This document shows, in pieces, positions 58,201-64,000 of a stretch of DNA of 64,000 nucleotides. Origin of the DNA: Allosphingosinicella sp. (lineage in GTDB: Bacteria; Pseudomonadota; Alphaproteobacteria; Sphingomonadales; Sphingomonadaceae); contig DASTDX010000012.1 in the NCBI GenBank assembly GCA_035710145.1, positions 12,143-76,142 on the forward strand, written 5' to 3'. A program made the position numbers and the translations under genes. The first letter of the stretch is position 1. Each line of letters starts with the position of its first letter. The notes under the pieces were generated by a model. The model did no database searches, had not been told where the DNA came from, and was given only the letters and a program-made list of their open reading frames with translations.

Positions 58201-60681
58201 TCATGAGGTCCCGATTGGTTGGCCGGTCCGAACGGGAGCCGGCCCACGTCCCCGGCGAAGGAACAGCGCACCTAGAGCTGATAATGCCCCGGCTCCCGCA
58301 GATATCAGCCAGTCGCCCGACGGCAGCGAATGGAGATGAAAGATTGCCGCCAGCGGAGCGATCTGGACCAGGAAGAAGGCGCTGGCGATGGCCGCGGCCG
58401 CGATAAGGTTCGGCATCCAGCTCTTCCGGGCGGTAAGCGACAGGAGGAGAATGGCGAGTCCGGTCACCAGGGCGACGAGCGCCATCGAGCGGGCATGGTC
58501 CGGGCCCGCCCCGGCCTCGATGGCGAGAACGAAGATCGCCAATATCGCGGCGGCCATGACGATACCGGTCGCCACCACGATCCCCCACTCCGTGGGCGTG
58601 AAGAAGGCGCGGCGGCCTCCATCCTCCAGTCGGCTCAAGCGCCCCTCCGCGGCTTGCTGGAATCCGAGGATGGCGGCCGGGTGGATGAGGAGCTCGAGCC
58701 AGACGATGTGGACCGGCAGATAGAGCAAGGGGTAACCGAGAAACGGAACCAAAGCGGCCGTCGAGACCAAGGGCAGGTGAATCATCAGCAGGAAGCCAAA
58801 GCTCCGCCGAAGGTTCTGGAAGAGCTGCCGGCCTTCGGCGATCGCGGTGACGACGGTCCGGAAATTGTCGTCCATGAGCACGATGGCGCTCACCTCCCGT
58901 GCCGTACGCGTCCCCCGCAGCCCCATCGCGATGCCGACATCCGCTGCGCGGAGCGCCGGGGCATCGTTCACGCCATCGCCCGTCACCGCCAATATCCTGC
59001 CGGTGCTTCGAAGCGCCTCGACGAGGAGCACCTTCTGCGCGGGCGTCGCTCGAGCGACGACGGCAAGCTCGCGCAACTCCGCCTCAGTCATGCTTTCGAG
59101 GGTCGCGGAAAGATCGTCCCCCAGGATCACCATGGGCGCTTCGGAAATCCCCGCTTCCCGGGCGATTGCGGATGCCGTCTCGGGATGGTCGCCGGTGACC
59201 ATGACGATCTGGATTCCTGCGGCTCGGGCCTGAGCCACCGCCTCGCGGACTCCGGAGCGAAGCGGATCACTCACCGAGATCAGCCCTGCCAGCGTGAACC
59301 CGGAGGAGGATTCCAGGCGGGGCGCATCGTCCATGTCCTGCCAGGCGCAGGCGATCACCTTTTCCCCTCTGGCCGAGGAATCACTGGCGACCTGCTGCCA
59401 GTGCTTAAGGTCCGCGGCGTCGAGGCCGCACAAATCCAGGACCGTCTCGGGCGCCCCCTTGACCGCCACGATCAGATCGCCGGAATCCCGGCGCCAGCTC
59501 GCCGTCTCCCGTCGTCGCCCTTCGGTGAACGGGTGCACCGCCAATCGCTCCCAGCCTGGGGGGAGGGCGGGTGCCGCAGTGAGGATGGCAAGGTCCAGCG
59601 GATCGCCGGAATCCGGTCGCGAGGCCAAAGCCGCGATACGCATCAGCCATTCCCTGGACACGCCGGAATCCGGCATGCCCTCGCGATAGGCGAGCTTGCC
59701 CTCGGTGATGGTCCCCGTCTTGTCGGTGCAGATGACGGATACTCGGCCGACATTCTCGACCGCGGTCCCGTGCCGGACCAGGGCCTTGGCACGAGCGAGC
59801 CGATAGACGCCGACGCCGAGGAAGAAGGTGAGAACGACGGGAAATTCCTCGGGGATCGCCGCGACGGCAAGGGTCGCGGCGCTGAGGAAGGCATCGACCA
59901 GGCCATAACCCTGCCAGAGCCGGACCGCGGCCAGAAGCAGACACAGGAGTGCGGCGACCACCAGCAGGACCTTCACCAGAGCGGCGACCGATTGCTGGAG
60001 CGGCGTTCGTCCGGAAGGGGTGGTCACTGCCGCGTGGACGATCTCCCCATAAACGGTATCGGCGCCCGTGAAGATCAGGCGGATCTCGGCAGCGCCCGTC
60101 AGAAGGCGGGTGCCGGCGAAAACCCAGGCTTCCTCTTCTGGCGTCGTGGCTGATCCCAGCGGCCGCTTTACCACCGGATAGGCCTCGCCGGTCAGGGAGG
60201 ATTCTTCCGCCTGCAGTGACTCGCCAGCCAGCAAGATTCCGTCCGCAGGGAAGGATTCGCCGGCGGCGACTCTGACGAGATCGCCGGGCACCAGGGCGTC
60301 CGCGCTGACCTGCCGCTCGGTCCCGTTGCGGACGACTCGCGCGGTCGTCGCAAGCACGCTTCGCAGGCCTTCGATCGAGGCTTGCGTGCGATGGTGAAGA
60401 TAGAGGTCCATTCCGACCAGGGGCGCGATGGCCACCAGCAACACCGCCATGTCGGTATATTGGCCGATCAGTCCGAAGATCGAACTCGTCGCGACCAGGA
60501 ACCAGATCATCGGGTCGGCGAAGGTTTCCTTCACCAGCCGCGCCGCCGAACCGGGCGGATGCTCGGCGATGATGTTGGTCCCATAGTGCGACGCCGATGC
60601 CGAGGCTTCGGCTTCGGAGAGGTCCTGCTCCGGCGGCTTGACGAGCAGGGCACGCCGGTCCTCGGGGATGACGCGCTTCAT
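58201..60681 (-). CDS. cation-transporting P-type ATPase (P2/P3-like, Ca2+/Mg2+ type)
   Basis: 826 aa. Cation_ATPase_N-like start, ICTDKTGTITEG phosphorylation site, VTGDGVNDAPALRAADVGIAMG hinge and about 10 TM helices. Confidence 0.9.
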   Translation of the reverse strand: MKRVIPEDRRALLVKPPEQDLSEAEASASASHYGTNIIAEHPPGSAARLVKETFADPMIWFLVATSSIFGLIGQYTDMAVLLVAIAPLVGMDLYLHHRTQASIEGLRSVLATTARVVRNGTERQVSADALVPGDLVRVAAGESFPADGILLAGESLQAEESSLTGEAYPVVKRPLGSATTPEEEAWVFAGTRLLTGAAEIRLIFTGADTVYGEIVHAAVTTPSGRTPLQQSVAALVKVLLVVAALLCLLLAAVRLWQGYGLVDAFLSAATLAVAAIPEEFPVVLTFFLGVGVYRLARAKALVRHGTAVENVGRVSVICTDKTGTITEGKLAYREGMPDSGVSREWLMRIAALASRPDSGDPLDLAILTAAPALPPGWERLAVHPFTEGRRRETASWRRDSGDLIVAVKGAPETVLDLCGLDAADLKHWQQVASDSSARGEKVIACAWQDMDDAPRLESSSGFTLAGLISVSDPLRSGVREAVAQARAAGIQIVMVTGDHPETASAIAREAGISEAPMVILGDDLSATLESMTEAELRELAVVARATPAQKVLLVEALRSTGRILAVTGDGVNDAPALRAADVGIAMGLRGTRTAREVSAIVLMDDNFRTVVTAIAEGRQLFQNLRRSFGFLLMIHLPLVSTAALVPFLGYPLLYLPVHIVWLELLIHPAAILGFQQAAEGRLSRLEDGGRRAFFTPTEWGIVVATGIVMAAAILAIFVLAIEAGAGPDHARSMALVALVTGLAILLLSLTARKSWMPNLIAAAAIASAFFLVQIAPLAAIFHLHSLPSGDWLISAGAGALSALGALFLRRGRGPAPVRTGQPIGTS

Positions 60682-60706
60682 CGGCCTGGGTGCCGGCGGG
60701 CCTTCG

Positions 60707-61123
60707 TCACTCCCGGACGACCAGGACCGAACAAGGCGCGTGGTTGACCACGTGCGCCGCGTTGCCGCCGATCAGATAGTCGCGAAGGCCCGGTCGATGC
60801 GATGCCAGGACGATGAGATCGGCCTGGGCTTCGGCGGCCAGCTGCAGGATGACCGGGCCGATGGATCCGCTGCCGACCAGGACTTGGTGAGGCAGATCGC
60901 CGCATTCGTCGGCCAGCTTGCTCAAGCGGGCGCGGGCGACGTCGATCTGTTCCCGAAAGCCTGCCGACGACCATTGATCGGCCCTGGTTTCCCGCTCGGT
61001 GATCACGGTCGCCAGGGTGAGGCGGGCTTCGCTCGCTCGCGCCAGGGGCATCGCGATCGGAAGCGCCCGGGACCAGGAGGAGGGGTCGGCGAGGTCGATC
61101 GCGATCAGGATGCTCTTGAACAT
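60707..61123 (-). CDS. universal stress protein (UspA family)
   Basis: 138 aa. MFKSILIAIDL... and DLIVLASHRPGLRDYLIGGNAAHVVNHAPCSVLVVR. Lies 25 nt upstream of the ATPase start. Confidence 0.85.
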   Translation of the reverse strand: MFKSILIAIDLADPSSWSRALPIAMPLARASEARLTLATVITERETRADQWSSAGFREQIDVARARLSKLADECGDLPHQVLVGSGSIGPVILQLAAEAQADLIVLASHRPGLRDYLIGGNAAHVVNHAPCSVLVVRE

Positions 61124-61343
61124 CTCACCCCCGGTTCTTGTCAGCGGCCATTTCTAGCGTCGGCGCGGCGGGAATCATTACGCGACATCCCGTAGGTCGA
61201 CCAAGAAAATCACGATCGAACCTGGCTCGCACAGAGGCCGTGGGGAACGGCCTTTTCGCCGGGGATAAGGGACAATCCGTATAGCCTGATGCCGTCGACG
61301 CTGGCTCACTCTTCCCGGGGGCAAAGGGGAAAGGAGACCGATC

Positions 61344-61850
61344 ATGACGAAACAGGACGAGATCGCTGTGAAGGCATCCGCCCGCGGAAATTTGCCCGCC
61401 TTCACCGACCAGTTGATCGAACCGCTGTCGCGGCTGCGCAACGAGGTGGACCGGCTGTTCGACGATTTTCCGACGCGCTGGCCTACCTTCCGATTCGGTC
61501 GCCTGGCGGCGGCAATCCCGGCGCCGGCCGTGGAAATGACCGAGACGAGCAAGGCCTTCAAGCTGAGCGTGGAGGTTCCGGGAATGGACGCCGGGGACAT
61601 TCACGTCAGCGTCGACAACGACATGCTCGTCATTTCCGGCGAAAAGAAGGAGGAGCGTGAGGAGACGGAAGAGGGATATCTCTATTCCGAGCGGACCTAC
61701 GGCGCTTTCGAGCGCAGGATCGAGCTGCCGGCCGGGGCGGACTCACTCAATGTCAAGGCGAAGGTACGCAAGGGCGTGCTTCAGATCACGCTTCCGAAGG
61801 ACCAGAAAGCGGAGTCGAACAAGCGACGGATCACCATCGAAGCTGACTGA
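61344..61850 (+). CDS. Hsp20/alpha-crystallin small heat-shock protein
   Basis: 168 aa. PAVEMTETSKAFKLSVEVPGMDAGDIHVSVDNDMLVISGEKKEE...GAFERRIELP...GVLQITLPK is the alpha-crystallin domain. Confidence 0.9.
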   Translation: MTKQDEIAVKASARGNLPAFTDQLIEPLSRLRNEVDRLFDDFPTRWPTFRFGRLAAAIPAPAVEMTETSKAFKLSVEVPGMDAGDIHVSVDNDMLVISGEKKEEREETEEGYLYSERTYGAFERRIELPAGADSLNVKAKVRKGVLQITLPKDQKAESNKRRITIEAD

Positions 61851-61903
61851 TCGGGTCGGGCCCCTGCGGGCTGCGCCGGCAGGGACCGTTGAAAGCAAGG
61901 GAA

Positions 61904-62455
61904 ATGGCGATGATCACCGAGACGAGGGAAGCCGAAAATTCGACGGCCGCCCCGGCGGCCGAAACGAAACTGATCACCTGGACCGGATTTCCGTTCCGGG
62001 TTCGCCCGGCGGGTCCCGAAGACCGAGCGGCGATTTCGGAGCTGTTCGAGAATGTCAGCCTCGAAGACCGTCGGCTCAGGTTCCTCAGCCCCATTCAGAA
62101 GCTGGACCGGGACCTGCTGAAGCGGATGACGGAGGTGGATCACGACCGCACCGAGAACTTCCTCGCCTTCCACCGAGACATTCTGGTCGCCTCCGCGATG
62201 CTCGCTGCCGACGAAGCCGGCGAACGGGCCGAGGTCGCGATTTCGATCCGCGCGGATCACAAGCATCGCGGCATCGGCTGGGCACTCCTCGATTATGTCG
62301 CCCGCCAGGCAGAGCAAAAAGGCATCAAGCTGATCGAATCGATCGAGAGCCGTGACAATGTGGAGGCGATTTCCCTGGAGAAGGAAATGGGTTTCACCGC
62401 GACCAATTATCCCGGCGATGCCACCCTCGTGCTTCTCCAGAAGAAGCTTCCTTGA
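61904..62455 (+). CDS. GNAT-family N-acetyltransferase
   Basis: IRADHKHRGIGWALLDYVARQAEQKGIKLI is the acetyl-CoA-binding motif A (R/Q-x-x-G-x-G/A). Start is ambiguous: TTG 61889, ATG 61904 or ATG 61910. Confidence 0.75.
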   Translation: MAMITETREAENSTAAPAAETKLITWTGFPFRVRPAGPEDRAAISELFENVSLEDRRLRFLSPIQKLDRDLLKRMTEVDHDRTENFLAFHRDILVASAMLAADEAGERAEVAISIRADHKHRGIGWALLDYVARQAEQKGIKLIESIESRDNVEAISLEKEMGFTATNYPGDATLVLLQKKLP

Positions 62456-62508
62456 TTCGACCAGAACGCGGTCATGGACAGACGATGTCGACGCTCGGAG
62501 TCCCGATA

Positions 62509-62883
62509 ATGAACTGGAAGGCGATCCGCCTGGAACTGGCCCGGACTCGGGAGTTTCCCGACGGCTCCGCAAGCCGTGGCTATCTGCTTCGCTTGCCGCT
62601 CGACGAAAACGGGCTGATCGACGCGCAGGCGCTCGGAAGCGCGCCGGCGATGGCGACGGTCCATCGCCATTGGCCGAACGAACCCGATCTTTGCGGTTAC
62701 GTCGTCCGGGCGTCGAACGGCTGGGCCCTCTCGTACGAACCCGGCGAGGCCGATGGCGAAACCGTCTTCCATCTCGAAAATCACCCGATCCGGATCGGCG
62801 AATATATCACCCTGACCGAACCCGACGGGACCCGGCTCCCCTTCCGCGTCGCCAGCCTCAAGCATTTGAACGGCGAACGCTGA
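62509..62883 (+). CDS. hypothetical protein (about 124-143 aa)
   Basis: MNWKAIRLELARTREFPDGSASRGYLLRLPLDENGLID... ATG 62509 is preceded by GGAG at 8 nt. The track start is TTG 62452, which overlaps the GNAT TGA. No family I recognise. Confidence 0.5.
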   Translation: MNWKAIRLELARTREFPDGSASRGYLLRLPLDENGLIDAQALGSAPAMATVHRHWPNEPDLCGYVVRASNGWALSYEPGEADGETVFHLENHPIRIGEYITLTEPDGTRLPFRVASLKHLNGER

Positions 62884-62938
62884 ACGTCGGTTGCTCCCTT
62901 TTGAGAGCGTCCCGGTCAGCCAGTTCACTGCCGAGAGG

Positions 62939-63607
62939 CTAATTCGCCTGTCCCAACCGCGGCAGCTCGGGCCGCCCCTCCGCCTGGTCCGTGTCGCCGA
63001 GCCCTGCAGCAAAGGCGATCCGCAAGGCCTCGGACAGGCTCGTGACTTCCAGCTTGGTCATCAGCCTGGCGCGATGGATCTCAACGGTGCGCGGACTGAT
63101 GGCGAGGTCGTAGGCGATCGTCTTGTTCGGGTGCCCTCGGACGAGCCCGCGAAGGACGTCCATTTCGCGGGCCGAGAGTTTCGCGAGCCGGGCCTGGGCT
63201 TCCTCGGCATGGGCAAATTGCCTTTCGGACTGCTCGATCCGGTCGAACGCCTGCTGGATCGAGTTCAGCAAGGTCGCCCTTTCAACCGGCTTTTCGATGA
63301 AGTCGACGGCGCCCGCCTTCATGGCCTGGACGGCAATTTTCACCTCGCCATTGCCCGTCATGACGACGACCGGGAGCAGGATATGGCGCTCTCTCAGCGC
63401 CTGCTGGACCTCCAGGCCGTTCAGTCCCGGCATCCGCACATCGAGCAGGATGCAGCCTGGTTCGATCGTCGACGCCGCTTCCAGAAACTCGACTCCCGAG
63501 GCGTAGGTTTTCACCCGATAGCCTGACGTCCGCAGGACGAAGCTCGCCGAGCGCCTTATCGCTTCGTCATCGTCCACGAGATGGATGAGTCGGTCAGTCT
63601 GCGGCAT
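62939..63607 (-). CDS. fixJ: two-component response regulator, FixJ-like (REC + LuxR HTH)
   Basis: From the ATG at 63607: LIHLVDDDEAIRRSASFVL...ILLDVRMPGLNGLEV...VVVMTGNGEVKIAVQAMKAGAVDFIEKP, then LSAREMDVLRGLVRGHPNKTIAYDLAISPRTVEIHRARLMTKL. Confidence 0.88.
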   Translation of the reverse strand: MPQTDRLIHLVDDDEAIRRSASFVLRTSGYRVKTYASGVEFLEAASTIEPGCILLDVRMPGLNGLEVQQALRERHILLPVVVMTGNGEVKIAVQAMKAGAVDFIEKPVERATLLNSIQQAFDRIEQSERQFAHAEEAQARLAKLSAREMDVLRGLVRGHPNKTIAYDLAISPRTVEIHRARLMTKLEVTSLSEALRIAFAAGLGDTDQAEGRPELPRLGQAN

Positions 63608-64000
63608 CTTCGCTCCCCGATGCATCGACCAAGGTGAAATGAAAGGCGGTGCCCCCGAGTTTGGAAACGCTGGTCCAGATGCGCCCCCCATGGGCCTTGA
63701 TGATCGTGTGGCATATCGACAGGCCGAGGCCCATTCCCTCGCTCTTGGTGCTGACGAAGGGCTGAAACAATTGTTCGGCAATTTCGCGGGGAAGGCCTGG
63801 TCCGCTATCCTCGATGGTCACTTCGACGAAGCCGTCGGCCGGCCTCGAGCCGATCCGGAGCCGTCGGGTGGGGCTTTCGGCCATCGCCTCGATGGCGTTG
63901 CGGACCAGGTTGACGATCACCTGCTGGATCTGGATTCGATCGATCAGAACCCGGTCGACCAGCGGGTCGAGCTTGACGTGGACCTCGATTCCACGCTCGC
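63594..64000 (-). CDS. fixL: sensor histidine kinase, FixL-like (C-terminal part; continues past the window end)
   Basis: The frame is open to position 64000. ...RIQIQQVIVNLVRNAIEAM (N box), IEDSGPGLP (G1), FQPFVSTKSEGMGLGLSICHTII (F/G2). Overlaps the fixJ start by 14 nt. Confidence 0.85.
   Translation of the reverse strand, partial: ERGIEVHVKLDPLVDRVLIDRIQIQQVIVNLVRNAIEAMAESPTRRLRIGSRPADGFVEVTIEDSGPGLPREIAEQLFQPFVSTKSEGMGLGLSICHTIIKAHGGRIWTSVSKLGGTAFHFTLVDASGSEDAAD

Noticed and set aside
1-64000. Looked for tRNA or rRNA genes, CRISPR repeat-spacer periodicity, IS or transposase or integrase genes, phage genes and defence-system enzymes.
   Set aside because: None recognised. All large ORFs are accounted for by metabolic, envelope or respiratory genes, and I noticed no repeated 25-40 nt units.

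Overview
Densely coding, visibly GC-rich chromosomal segment with a strong G/C preference at third codon positions. By inference from gene content (split gcvPA/gcvPB, ccoNOQP-ccoGHIS, fixLJ, cpa/tad pilus genes, Oar-like TonB receptor) it is an alphaproteobacterium, probably Sphingomonadales-like. I support about 66 protein genes, one tandem glycine riboswitch and a few terminator hairpins. I saw no rRNA, tRNA, IS or transposase, integrase, prophage or CRISPR array.

Gene blocks, left to right:
- pth-rplY translation genes, then a TraB/GumN protein
- a small XRE regulator plus membrane protein pair
- glyQ-glyS and ppdK
- a seven-gene Cpa/Tad pilus operon (cpaABCDE-tadBC)
- a hydrolase plus FAD oxidoreductase, then rnhA-ispH
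- the glycine-riboswitch gcvT-gcvH-(methyltransferase)-gcvPA-gcvPB-(DUF938) operon
- a PAP2 phosphatase plus methyltransferase
- a ydbS/ydbT-like bPH pair followed by an isolated gspHIJK pseudopilin operon
- a nucleoside/nucleobase salvage neighbourhood: yhhQ, adenosine kinase, LOG, nupC, 2OG oxygenase, cdd, a large TonB-dependent receptor, amn
- the complete cbb3 oxidase cluster ccoNOQP-ccoGHIS with two extra coupled small ORFs
- ggt, an isolated MreB-like gene, ybaN, a small OMP
- a P-type ATPase with usp, then hsp20, a GNAT, an unknown ORF, and fixJ with partial fixL

I did not find a convincing wholly new multi-gene system; most of the window is core metabolism. The best second-look candidates are:
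- the Tad locus, which lacks its CpaF/TadA ATPase and an Flp pilin gene
- the orphan gspHIJK operon
- two small Cys-rich ORFs translationally coupled to ccoS
- two methyltransferase-fold genes inside the riboswitch-controlled gcv operon
- the nucleoside-salvage neighbourhood with an uncharacterised 2OG oxygenase and TonB receptor

Many very long antisense ORFs in the track are rejected as GC-driven shadow frames.
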